This document shows, in pieces, positions 1 to 8,749 of a DNA stretch of 64,000 nucleotides. Both the position numbers and the translations under genes were made by a program. The notes under the pieces were generated by a model, which was not told where the DNA came from, ran no database searches, and was given only the letters and a program-made list of their open reading frames with translations. Origin of the DNA: a virus; IMG/VR virus record IMGVR_UViG_3300005841_000036, positions 4,398 to 68,397 of that record; one strand, 5' to 3'. Each line of letters begins with the position of its first letter. Within the stretch, counting starts at the first letter, position 1.

Positions 1-27
1 AAACACCTATTTGCCGTAGGGTGCAGA

Positions 28-297
28 ATGCTCTATCCGTACTACGCGAGAGAAGCCCGGGCGAGAGACAAGGACGGAAACCCGACGGGCTACGTCGAAA
101 CCGGCTGGAGAATTGCAACCGGCCATCGCAGTTTCGAGGGCTCCCTCGAGATCCTCAGTATCGAGTTCGGCCGAAAGGTCGACGTCGAGAGGGCGATCGA
201 GGCTTTCGCGCGCGAGGGGATCACCGATCGAAATGGTCTGGCGAAAATCGGAATGAAGAAGTGCCGAGAGATCGCTAGCAACGCGATGGCATGGTGA
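28..297 (+). CDS. hypothetical phage protein
   Basis: 89-aa ORF, abuts next gene at 299; no recognisable motif. Confidence 0.55.
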   Translation: MLYPYYAREARARDKDGNPTGYVETGWRIATGHRSFEGSLEILSIEFGRKVDVERAIEAFAREGITDRNGLAKIGMKKCREIASNAMAW

Positions 298-298
298 G

Positions 299-520
299 AT
301 GATCCGACATCCGATCAAAGGGCAGACGGTGCAGGCGTGGTACGCTGCGGACAAGCGGCCGATTGCCCGCTATCACGGCATGCTGGGAATCGTCCGGATC
401 GTTTCGGACGGTAAGAATCACGGGGTCGAGTTCGGCGGCGTGCTGGTCTCGATCCCATCGGGAAACATCCGGCCGGCACCAGCGACCAAGCCTCAGAGGA
501 TGCTTTTCGATGAAGGTTAA
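299..520 (+). CDS. hypothetical protein
   Basis: 73-aa ORF, overlaps the methylase start. Confidence 0.55.
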   Translation: MIRHPIKGQTVQAWYAADKRPIARYHGMLGIVRIVSDGKNHGVEFGGVLVSIPSGNIRPAPATKPQRMLFDEG

Positions 521-1388
521 GGCGATCTCCCCTTGGTTTGGCGGCAAGCGCACTATGGCTCCCCTGATCGTCACCGAACTCGGGAAGCATTCGCAGTACT
601 TCGAGCCATTCTGCGGCTCGATGGCGGTCCTGCTAGCAAAGGCGCCATGCCAAAAGGAAACGGTCAACGACCTGCACGGCGACTTGATCAACCTCGCGCA
701 CTGCTTGCAGGACATCGACCTCGCCGAGCGGCTCTACGATCGCTTGCAGCGCTGCCTAATGTCCGAGGGGCTTGTCGATCGCGCAAAGCACGAGCTCGCG
801 ACGAGCGACCTGTCGCCGGCAGATCGCGCGTACTGGTATTTTCTCTCCTCTTGGATGCGCCGCAACGGAACGGCCGGCACGAAGCGAATCGACTATCAGA
901 TCGCCGTGCGCTGGACTAAGGGTGGCGGGTCGCCGACGGTTCGCTTTCGGAATGCAGTCGAATCGATTCCCTGGTGGCACGAGCGATTGCGGAATGTCGT
1001 GATCCTGCAGCGCGACGCATTCTCGATAATGAATCGATTCGAGGACGTGAAGCAAGCCGCCCTCTATGTCGACCCTCCCTATTTCGCTGCCTCGAGATCA
1101 GGCTATCGCCAGGGCCCGGGGAGATCGAATAAGTACCTGCACGAACTCGATCACAAATCGACACTGTGGGGGAATGATCACGTCCGGCTGCGCGATGCGC
1201 TGGCTCAGTACAAGAAAGCTCGAGTCGTCGTCAGCTATTACGATTGTCCGGGGATTCGAGATCTGTACGCGGACTGGACGATCATCGAGCATACTCGCCT
1301 CAAGCATATTTCCTCGCAATGCGGGCGAGGCGTCATGGCAAAAGAAGCTCCCGAAATCCTCATCCTGAATGGACCGAGTTACGCATGA
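510..1388 (+). CDS. dam: Dam-like (D12 class) DNA adenine methyltransferase
   Basis: PWFGGK, YFEPFCGS (SAM motif I), VNDL, YVDPPY catalytic motif; ATG at 510 preferred over 363. Confidence 0.92.
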   Translation: MKVKAISPWFGGKRTMAPLIVTELGKHSQYFEPFCGSMAVLLAKAPCQKETVNDLHGDLINLAHCLQDIDLAERLYDRLQRCLMSEGLVDRAKHELATSDLSPADRAYWYFLSSWMRRNGTAGTKRIDYQIAVRWTKGGGSPTVRFRNAVESIPWWHERLRNVVILQRDAFSIMNRFEDVKQAALYVDPPYFAASRSGYRQGPGRSNKYLHELDHKSTLWGNDHVRLRDALAQYKKARVVVSYYDCPGIRDLYADWTIIEHTRLKHISSQCGRGVMAKEAPEILILNGPSYA

Positions 1389-2485
1389 AACTTGCAATTC
1401 TCCAGCTTGCCGACCAGGGCCCCGCACTCTCGACCGCAGCCATGCTCCGCGCGGTCGGCTATGAGGTGGCGATCCCAAACGACGCGCTCCGCGACATGCT
1501 GCAGGCGATCGGCTGCGATACGGTCCTCTCCCCTCGAGGACTTCACGAAGGGATGGGCTATGACCCGCTCGACCTGCCCGAGGTGGGGATCGAGGCAATG
1601 GATACGTGCGACCTTTACCTCGACGTGAAGGGGCACCGCAACTGCCCCAAGATCTGGAAGGTCTGGCCGCGGCTCAAGAATCTGTCGATGTGGGTTCGGT
1701 TCAACGGCGGCAAGCCCGAACACGTCCGACGGCAGTCGAAAGACCAGTTCGGCAACACCTCGATCGAGGACTGCGGGGATGAGGTCAATCCGGGCCTGCC
1801 GATCCTCACGCCGAATATGTGGTATCGTGGCGACCCGAAAGCGTATGTCGCCTGGGTGCCGTTCGTCGGCTGGGGTGACTACTTCGATCGCCACGGGCGG
1901 ACCGTCGAGGGGTACCACAAATCGCCCGATGGGTTGATCTTCCGCGATCCGCAGCCGGGCGACTTGCTCAAGGGGGACGCTCCGGTTTGCCTGATTCACG
2001 GGGTCGAGGGCTGGGGATACTCCGGGCTGATCGAATGGGTCAGATACCACGGCGTGAAGTGCTACGGATCCCACGGGTCGCCCGATGGGCTTGTCCCTCA
2101 CTCGCTGGTCCCCAAGATGCTTTCCCGGGCCCGGTGCCTGGTCTCGCTGCGATCGAACGACTGCCCGGGCTATGCAATGTATGAGGCCGCGGCGGCGGCT
2201 TGCCCGATGATCGTACCGCGGCGGCTGATCCATCGCATGCAAATGGAGGACTGGTTGATCCCTAACGAGACGTGCCTTGTGTTCGACGGGATTGAGCCGG
2301 GCCGGATCGACATCGAGGCTTGCGCGGCCGAGATCAAGGAGGGACTCGATAGCCTTCTCGATCCTGGCGAGAATTCGCGGATCGGGTTCGCCTGCCGGGA
2401 AAAGCTCCGGTCGCTAATGTGGTCGGCGGACCGCGCCGAGGATGTGATGCTTTTTAAAATGTTCATGCAAAGGCACTTTTGGTAG
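1385..2485 (+). CDS. GT-B fold glycosyltransferase-like protein
   Basis: C-terminal LSRARCLVSLRSNDCPGYAMYEAAAAACPMIV resembles GT4 nucleotide-sugar binding segment; ATGA coupling with dam. Confidence 0.7.
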   Translation: MKLAILQLADQGPALSTAAMLRAVGYEVAIPNDALRDMLQAIGCDTVLSPRGLHEGMGYDPLDLPEVGIEAMDTCDLYLDVKGHRNCPKIWKVWPRLKNLSMWVRFNGGKPEHVRRQSKDQFGNTSIEDCGDEVNPGLPILTPNMWYRGDPKAYVAWVPFVGWGDYFDRHGRTVEGYHKSPDGLIFRDPQPGDLLKGDAPVCLIHGVEGWGYSGLIEWVRYHGVKCYGSHGSPDGLVPHSLVPKMLSRARCLVSLRSNDCPGYAMYEAAAAACPMIVPRRLIHRMQMEDWLIPNETCLVFDGIEPGRIDIEACAAEIKEGLDSLLDPGENSRIGFACREKLRSLMWSADRAEDVMLFKMFMQRHFW

Positions 2486-2494
2486 GAGAATGCG

Positions 2495-2710
2495 ATGCGG
2501 TTCCTGATTCTGGCTTGCTTGCTGGTCGGGTGCGCGAGCAAGCCCCCCATCCCCACCAGCGGCCAAAGGCTTACCTACACCGAGGAGCTCGACCTCGGGG
2601 CGGGCCCAAAAATCCGGATCATCAAGGATTCGGAGACTGGTCGCGAGTTCCTGATGGGGAGTCATAGCGGCGGCGTTTCAATCTGCGAGATCAAGCCGAA
2701 GGGCGAATAA
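2495..2710 (+). CDS. small lipoprotein
   Basis: MRFLILACLLVG-C lipobox; strong RBS. Confidence 0.7.
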   Translation: MRFLILACLLVGCASKPPIPTSGQRLTYTEELDLGAGPKIRIIKDSETGREFLMGSHSGGVSICEIKPKGE

Positions 2711-2720
2711 GGAGGATGCG

Positions 2721-3365
2721 ATGCAAGGAACGGATTTCGATACTCTCTTCCGGTCTCTCCCTGCCGACGGCTGGCTCTATGAGGATGAGGCCCGACTCCT
2801 CCTCGCCCACGCCCGGGACACCGATGGCCCGATTCTCGAGGTGGGAAGCTACTGCGGCCGGTCGACCGTGTTACTGGCTTCCCTCGGGCGCAGCGTCCAC
2901 TCGGTCGACCCGTTCGACGGGTTTCATTCCGACCTCACCGGCGACGAGATCCAGGAACGATTCTGGGGCAACCTGCAGGCCCGCGGGATCCGGAACGTGA
3001 TTCAGCATCGGATCCACGTCGAGCGCTGGCCGATCTTCGGCTGCGGGTTCGCCTTCCTCGATGGGGATCATTCCTTCGAGGGAACGCAACGGCAGATCGA
3101 CGCCGCGGTTCGATCGCTCATCTTGGGCCGCGGCGATCTGCTGGCCGTGCACGACTACGCCGAAGACGGCGGCGGGGCACTGGTCGCCAAGGCGGTCGAC
3201 GATGACAAGCGGATCGAGGTGATCGGCCGGGCAAGTCGGCTTGTGATCTGCCGAATGGATCGAGATCGGGCGATGACCGAGGGCCTCGCCCGGTGGGTCG
3301 AGGGCCGGCAGGAAAAAGGCGACTGGGTGTTTACTTCTTCTTCTCAAGAATGGGACGGCGCGTAA
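2721..3365 (+). CDS. class I SAM-dependent methyltransferase (Methyltransf_24-like)
   Basis: ILEVGSYCGRST, SVDPF, FAFLDGDHSFEG, VHDY motifs. Confidence 0.85.
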   Translation: MQGTDFDTLFRSLPADGWLYEDEARLLLAHARDTDGPILEVGSYCGRSTVLLASLGRSVHSVDPFDGFHSDLTGDEIQERFWGNLQARGIRNVIQHRIHVERWPIFGCGFAFLDGDHSFEGTQRQIDAAVRSLILGRGDLLAVHDYAEDGGGALVAKAVDDDKRIEVIGRASRLVICRMDRDRAMTEGLARWVEGRQEKGDWVFTSSSQEWDGA

Positions 3366-3387
3366 CTTGAAACCAAAGGAGGATGCG

Positions 3388-4386
3388 ATGCGTTCAATTG
3401 TGATCGGACTGGGTGAGGTCGGGCGGTCGCTGGCGAGCGTACTGGCCGAGGGGAAGCGGGAGGAGGTCTTTTCGCACGACAAGGTCGGCGGAACGATCGA
3501 GGCCGGCGAGCAGCGGCTGGCACTCATTGCGACCGAGAAGCCGGTCGGGGTGATCCATATCTGCTTTCCCTACTCGCCCGAGTTTGTCGACGAGGCTTGC
3601 AGGTATATCCGGCTGACGGACGCCCCGCTGGTGATCATCCACTCGACGGTCCCGGTCGGAACGACCAGGCGGATCCAGGAGCGGCACCACGGCGCAAACG
3701 TGGTCCATTCCCCGATTCATGGCCAGCATCCGCACCTCGCGCGAGGGATCCGGACGTTTTTGAAGTACGTCGGCGGAACGAACGAGGCCGCGGTCGAGCA
3801 GGCCTTGGGCTACTTCATGCGGCACGGGATCAAGGCTTACCCGGTGAGCTCGCCCGAGGCTAGCGAAGTGTCCAAGCTGCTTTGCACGCTGCAATATGGA
3901 TGGCAGATCGTGATCTGCAAAGAGATCGCCGCGATCTGCGAGCGCTACGGGGTGCCGTTCGACGAGGCCTATGCCGGTTGGAATCGGGAATATAACCGGG
4001 CCTATCAGGAACTCCACCCGACGGCGCCGGATGAGTTCAAAAGGTCGGTCGGGGTCGACGTTCGCCGGCCCATCCTCCACCCGACGCCCGGGCCGATCGG
4101 CGGGCATTGCGTGATCCCAAATGCGAACCTCCTCGAGGACTTTTGGCTGGCGGCGACGCTGATCGAGAGGAATCGGGATTACGCGGGCAGGAGCAGCCAA
4201 ACGCCAATCCCTGCAGGCCACTTCCGTTGTGACAACTGCAAGCGACTCTCCCCGCTAGGCGATGATGGCGCGGCTATTGCTGAGATGAAAACTAATTTCG
4301 GCAACCTGCCAATCGAAGATCGTGCGATGGTCTGTGACGAATGCTATGCAACCATGCGGCCAAACACCTCGGGGAAAAGCCAATGA
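3388..4386 (+). CDS. nucleotide-sugar (UDP-glucose/GDP-mannose family) dehydrogenase-like protein with C-terminal Zn finger
   Basis: VIGLGEVG Rossmann, HSTVPVGTT, HSP, EVSKL, IGGHCV; C-terminal CDNC...CDEC. Confidence 0.82.
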   Translation: MRSIVIGLGEVGRSLASVLAEGKREEVFSHDKVGGTIEAGEQRLALIATEKPVGVIHICFPYSPEFVDEACRYIRLTDAPLVIIHSTVPVGTTRRIQERHHGANVVHSPIHGQHPHLARGIRTFLKYVGGTNEAAVEQALGYFMRHGIKAYPVSSPEASEVSKLLCTLQYGWQIVICKEIAAICERYGVPFDEAYAGWNREYNRAYQELHPTAPDEFKRSVGVDVRRPILHPTPGPIGGHCVIPNANLLEDFWLAATLIERNRDYAGRSSQTPIPAGHFRCDNCKRLSPLGDDGAAIAEMKTNFGNLPIEDRAMVCDECYATMRPNTSGKSQ

Positions 4387-5336
4387 AAATCGGACTCATC
4401 GGCCGAGCCGACCTCTCGGGCCTCGGCTACATGACGCGGGATTTCTGCGACCACCTTCCGGTCGAGAAAGCCTTGATCGTCTCGCGCGAGGGGCGCGGCC
4501 CGAACTCCCTCGACCAAATCCTCGCCCGGCATCGCATGATGACGAGCAACACGTTCCGGCAAGAGGATATCGAATTCCTGTTTGACGGAATCGATGTGCT
4601 GGTCGGATTCGAGACGTTCTACCATCCGGACGTGATCCCCGAGGCAGTCGCCCGCGGGATCAAAGTGGCGATGTTCCCTATGTGGGAATGCTCGCCGCCC
4701 GAGGTCTGCGCGGCCGACTACCTGTTTTGCGTTACGGATCGCGAGCGGGCCCGCTTCCCCTATCGGGCAGATACGATCCGGGTTGACTGGCCGATGGAAC
4801 CCCCGCCCGGCTGGAAGCAACAGGCCAGGCAGCGACCGTTGCGAGTGGTCGCCTGCGCGGGATCCGGGGGGCTGCACGACCGGAACAACGTCGAAAGCCT
4901 CAAGGCGCTTCGACAGGCGGCCGACGCCGGTCGGGCGGATGGATGGACGTTCGATTTGCGGGAGTTTTCGACCGATCGCTCGAGGTGGGCGCAGTACGCC
5001 AATGCCGATCTGTTCGTGCACCTGCAGGCGTTCCACGGGCTATCCCTCCCGCTTCTCGAGGCCGCGGCGTGCGGCGTGCCTTGCGTGGTTCTCGACATCC
5101 CGGGCTTTCGTGAGGAATATACCTCGTCGTGCCGGGTGGGAGTTGGGGCGATGTTCGATCGCGAAATGATGGGCGAGCGGGTGACGTTCGCGAGGCCTGA
5201 CCCGTCCGGGCTGATCCGGACGATCAACCGCCTGGCGTATACCGTCCAGATTCCGCCGGCACCGCGGCCGGGGACCTGGGCAGAGTTCGTGGAGATCTGG
5301 ACCAAGCACGTCGGCCCTCTGGAGTCCGCACAATGA
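4383..5336 (+). CDS. glycosyltransferase (GT4-like)
   Basis: YANADLFVHLQAFHGLSLPLLEAAACGVPCVVLDIPG signature. Confidence 0.8.
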   Translation: MKIGLIGRADLSGLGYMTRDFCDHLPVEKALIVSREGRGPNSLDQILARHRMMTSNTFRQEDIEFLFDGIDVLVGFETFYHPDVIPEAVARGIKVAMFPMWECSPPEVCAADYLFCVTDRERARFPYRADTIRVDWPMEPPPGWKQQARQRPLRVVACAGSGGLHDRNNVESLKALRQAADAGRADGWTFDLREFSTDRSRWAQYANADLFVHLQAFHGLSLPLLEAAACGVPCVVLDIPGFREEYTSSCRVGVGAMFDREMMGERVTFARPDPSGLIRTINRLAYTVQIPPAPRPGTWAEFVEIWTKHVGPLESAQ

Positions 5337-6457
5337 GCGATCCGATCATCAACCAGAACGCCGCGCGGGTGATCCCGGTTTCCCGCCCATCGCTCGGCCC
5401 CCTCGAGGCGAATGCGGTGTCCGACACGGTCCGCAGTGGGTGGATATCCCAGGGTCCAAAGGTCGAGCAGTTCGAGAAGTTGTTTGCGGCCTCGCACGGC
5501 CGGCAATTCGGCGTCGCGTGCTGTTCGGGGACGTCGGCGCTGCAGCTCGCCCTCGCAACACTCCAGGCGACCAAAGATCTCGACCGAGACGACTCGGTCC
5601 TCTGCCCGACGCTGACGATGGTTGCGGTGCCGAATTCGATCCTATACGTCGACTGTGTTCCGGAGTTCGTCGACTCTTGCCGATTAGATGGGAATATGGA
5701 TTGCGACCCGAGGCGAGGAATGCCACTGGTGGCGATCGTCCCGCACCTCTACGGCGTTCCGGCGGCCGAGGCGATGCGACATCTACTCGCCCGCGGCGTT
5801 ACGGTGATCGAGGACTGCGCCGAGGTCCACTATGCAAGCACTGGCTCAGGGGCGCCGGTCGGTTCGCGCGGGCGCATGGCCACGTTTTCCTTCTACGCAA
5901 ATAAGATCATCACCACGGGCGAGGGGGGGATGGTCCTCACCGACAGCGAGCGCGACGCCGAGATTCTGCGATCGCTCCGGTCGCATGCGTTCACGCCGGG
6001 CAACCACTTTCATCACCAGGGCCTAGCCTACGGGATGAGGATGACCGACGTGCAGGCGGCGATCGGCCTCGAGCAGCACTGCCAGCGATCGGATTTCCTG
6101 CAAAAGCGGACCATACTAGCCAACACCTACAGGCAGGAAATTTCCGACGCGAAAATCGAACTCCCCTACAATCACTATGTCGACGGCGCGGTCTGGTGGG
6201 TCTATCCCATCCTGGTTCGCAACCAAGCCGACCGCGACGCGCTGCGGTACCACCTCGCCGAGCATGGAATCGAAACGCGCACCTACTTCCACCCGATGCA
6301 CCTGCAACCTCACTTGCGGCGTTTTGCATATCGCCCGTATCCTATCGCTGAGGACCTTGCGAGCCGGGGGCTCTATCTCCCGCTCTATCCCAGCATGACG
6401 ATCGAGGATGCAAAGTATGTCGCCGCCGCCGTCGACTCATTCTGGTGCAAAGACTGA
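5333..6457 (+). CDS. DegT/DnrJ/EryC1/StrS PLP-dependent sugar aminotransferase (perosamine synthetase-like)
   Basis: SGWISQGPKVEQFE, SGTSAL, IEDCAE, FSFYANKIITTGEGG (PLP lysine), GIETR, LYLP. Confidence 0.93.
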   Translation: MSDPIINQNAARVIPVSRPSLGPLEANAVSDTVRSGWISQGPKVEQFEKLFAASHGRQFGVACCSGTSALQLALATLQATKDLDRDDSVLCPTLTMVAVPNSILYVDCVPEFVDSCRLDGNMDCDPRRGMPLVAIVPHLYGVPAAEAMRHLLARGVTVIEDCAEVHYASTGSGAPVGSRGRMATFSFYANKIITTGEGGMVLTDSERDAEILRSLRSHAFTPGNHFHHQGLAYGMRMTDVQAAIGLEQHCQRSDFLQKRTILANTYRQEISDAKIELPYNHYVDGAVWWVYPILVRNQADRDALRYHLAEHGIETRTYFHPMHLQPHLRRFAYRPYPIAEDLASRGLYLPLYPSMTIEDAKYVAAAVDSFWCKD

Positions 6458-7247
6458 CCAGGACACCAGGCTGCAAGAGTTTCCCCCCTTCACGCGCGGG
6501 GCGGCGGTTTACGACCGATTCCACCGGTCGAAAAACTATCTGGCCGAGGCCAGGATGGTCTCGCACCACCTTTGCGACGGTGGCCGCCCCCCTGGCTCGA
6601 CCCATGTCCTCGAGTTCGGCGCCGGGACTGGAGCGATGACGAAGGCCCTCCGCGGCCTGGGGCACCGCGTGACAGCGACCGAGCCGTCGGCCGACATGCG
6701 TCGCGAGATCGGCAGCGCGGGGGCGATCAATCTCGAGATCTCGGGCAAGCGGCCGGCGGGGCAGATGCTCGACCCCCTCGAGACTGAATACGACGGGGCG
6801 GTCGCCCACTTCACCGTTGTCTCTTACGCGTGCCTGACCCTCGACCGCCTTTTTGAGGCCGCCGGATTCGTCCGGTCGAAGCTGCGGCCGGGGGCGGCCT
6901 GGGTGTTCGACGTGATCAATTACGCCGCGGCGGCCTCGAGCCTGCGCGAGTACGAACACCAAAACGCCAGCGAGGGCCGCAAGGAAGGCGATCACCGGGT
7001 GGTAAAAAAGTGGTTCGACGTCTCAACCGGGGTGATCACGTACTCGATCGTCTATGACATCGGCGGCCAGCGATGGCGCGAGATCCACCTGCAGCGAGCA
7101 TTCACCCCCGCGGAGATCTCGCACGTACTGCACGCGAGCAGGTTTGACGTGCGGCTGCAGTTCGATCCGGCCGAGCGGGATCCCGGCGAAGATAACCGCC
7201 TGACTCGATTTTCCTGGACGAATCAAGTCGTCGCGCGGGCGGTCTAG
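6408..7247 (+). CDS. class I SAM-dependent methyltransferase
   Basis: YDRF..KNY..E, VLEFGAGTG, LRPGAAWVFD, EIHLQRAFTPAEI; resembles sugar N/O-methyltransferases. Confidence 0.82.
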   Translation: MQSMSPPPSTHSGAKTDQDTRLQEFPPFTRGAAVYDRFHRSKNYLAEARMVSHHLCDGGRPPGSTHVLEFGAGTGAMTKALRGLGHRVTATEPSADMRREIGSAGAINLEISGKRPAGQMLDPLETEYDGAVAHFTVVSYACLTLDRLFEAAGFVRSKLRPGAAWVFDVINYAAAASSLREYEHQNASEGRKEGDHRVVKKWFDVSTGVITYSIVYDIGGQRWREIHLQRAFTPAEISHVLHASRFDVRLQFDPAERDPGEDNRLTRFSWTNQVVARAV

Positions 7248-7264
7248 TTCCCTCGAGGTGTCGC

Positions 7265-8749
7265 ATGCCGATTTCGTTCGCTGGCTTCGATCTCGCCCTC
7301 GAGACCGAGGAAATCCAGGAAGATTTAAACGAGTTCCTGCCGACGGCGGAAACGGCAATTCTGAGCGACTTCCTCGGAGCGGACCGCACGAATCGAAACG
7401 AATCTCGAAATTCAAACGCTCCCCTCGCGCCAGGCGTTGCGCGGCCGAACTATCCGCCCCCTCCCCCGCTGCGGATCAACTCCCTCTATTGGCCAACGGG
7501 CGCAACGCGGTGGGGTCGATTCCTTGGCCTGGCGGACACCGAAACAAAGGACAAGATTGTCGCCGCGGTGGGTGGGGTGTCCTCGGCGCCGATAGTGAAA
7601 GATCTGGTCTTGGTCGATGAGTCTGTATCGCCGGCGGTGGTCCTCACTGCGAAAATGTACCTTCTTCCGCCGCGGCGACTTACTCAAGTCGAGACCGGCA
7701 ATGGATCCGGCACGCAACCTCCTCACCTCTGGTTGATCCCGCTGGTCGATGTTCGGTACCTCTGGCAATTCAACAATACAGGAGCCCTGACGATCGCGGC
7801 GGCCGATACCTGGTCCAGTTTCTTCAACTCACTGGGTTCGCGGCTGGGACTGACGATCTCGACCGGGACTATCGCCGCGGCCTATCTGAACCCTGATCCA
7901 TACGAATGCTCGAGGGCCTACGAATCGACCGCGGCTCTGGCGGATGCCGGTGCCCATTCAGTCGGCCGGCGAATGGTAGTCAACCTCGACGGGACCACGG
8001 TTCGGGCGATGGACTTCGCCTATGCACTCACCACGTTAAACGCGAACATCGCGAAAAACTGGGCGCAGATCATGGGCGGCGATTTCGACGCCGGGAAGTG
8101 GGCGACTCAGGCGACGGTCGAGCTCATCTGCCCGAAGTACGTCGCCAACGTGCAAAGCTGTGGATCCTCAAAGCTCTCGGGGACCGTTGGCAGTGGATAC
8201 GCGTCGACCGTTCGCACAATCCATACGACATGCGCCAGCATGCGATCGACGTTCGGGGGAAGCGAGTCGAATACGACCGACCTGCAGGCGCTGGCCGATA
8301 AGATCGCGGCCGATCTGCTGCTTTCCATGAAGTTCTATGATCGGACGTTTGCCGGCTTGCTCGACTGGTCGCCGTGTTCCTGGGACGACCATATCGAATG
8401 GACAATTGGCCGATGGCATCCAAGCGGCGTCGAGATGGCGCAAACGCGGGTGCAGTCCTCACCCTATAATTTCGGCGTCGACGAGATGCTCCACCAGGTC
8501 GCAACGCGGGTCTTTCCCGTTGGGAACTACATCGCCAAAACAAACGCCGCGATATCTGCACTGTCAGGGTCGACGCCTGGGTCCGGCGCAATCTCGATCT
8601 ATGAGACCAACCTCAGCACGGGCGACCTCGATGATACGGGGATCGATGGTCTCGCGTTCAACTCCACGGCGACCGCCTCGGGGAGCGGCGTTTGGGTGCA
8701 ACTCAAGCACGACGGGTGCAGGTTGTGGCTTGATACCGAGGATTGCTAA
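7265..8749 (+). CDS. putative virion tail/baseplate protein
   Basis: 494 aa, Thr/Gly/Ser-rich C-terminus, coupled to downstream tail-like gene; no catalytic motif. Confidence 0.55.
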   Translation: MPISFAGFDLALETEEIQEDLNEFLPTAETAILSDFLGADRTNRNESRNSNAPLAPGVARPNYPPPPPLRINSLYWPTGATRWGRFLGLADTETKDKIVAAVGGVSSAPIVKDLVLVDESVSPAVVLTAKMYLLPPRRLTQVETGNGSGTQPPHLWLIPLVDVRYLWQFNNTGALTIAAADTWSSFFNSLGSRLGLTISTGTIAAAYLNPDPYECSRAYESTAALADAGAHSVGRRMVVNLDGTTVRAMDFAYALTTLNANIAKNWAQIMGGDFDAGKWATQATVELICPKYVANVQSCGSSKLSGTVGSGYASTVRTIHTTCASMRSTFGGSESNTTDLQALADKIAADLLLSMKFYDRTFAGLLDWSPCSWDDHIEWTIGRWHPSGVEMAQTRVQSSPYNFGVDEMLHQVATRVFPVGNYIAKTNAAISALSGSTPGSGAISIYETNLSTGDLDDTGIDGLAFNSTATASGSGVWVQLKHDGCRLWLDTEDC

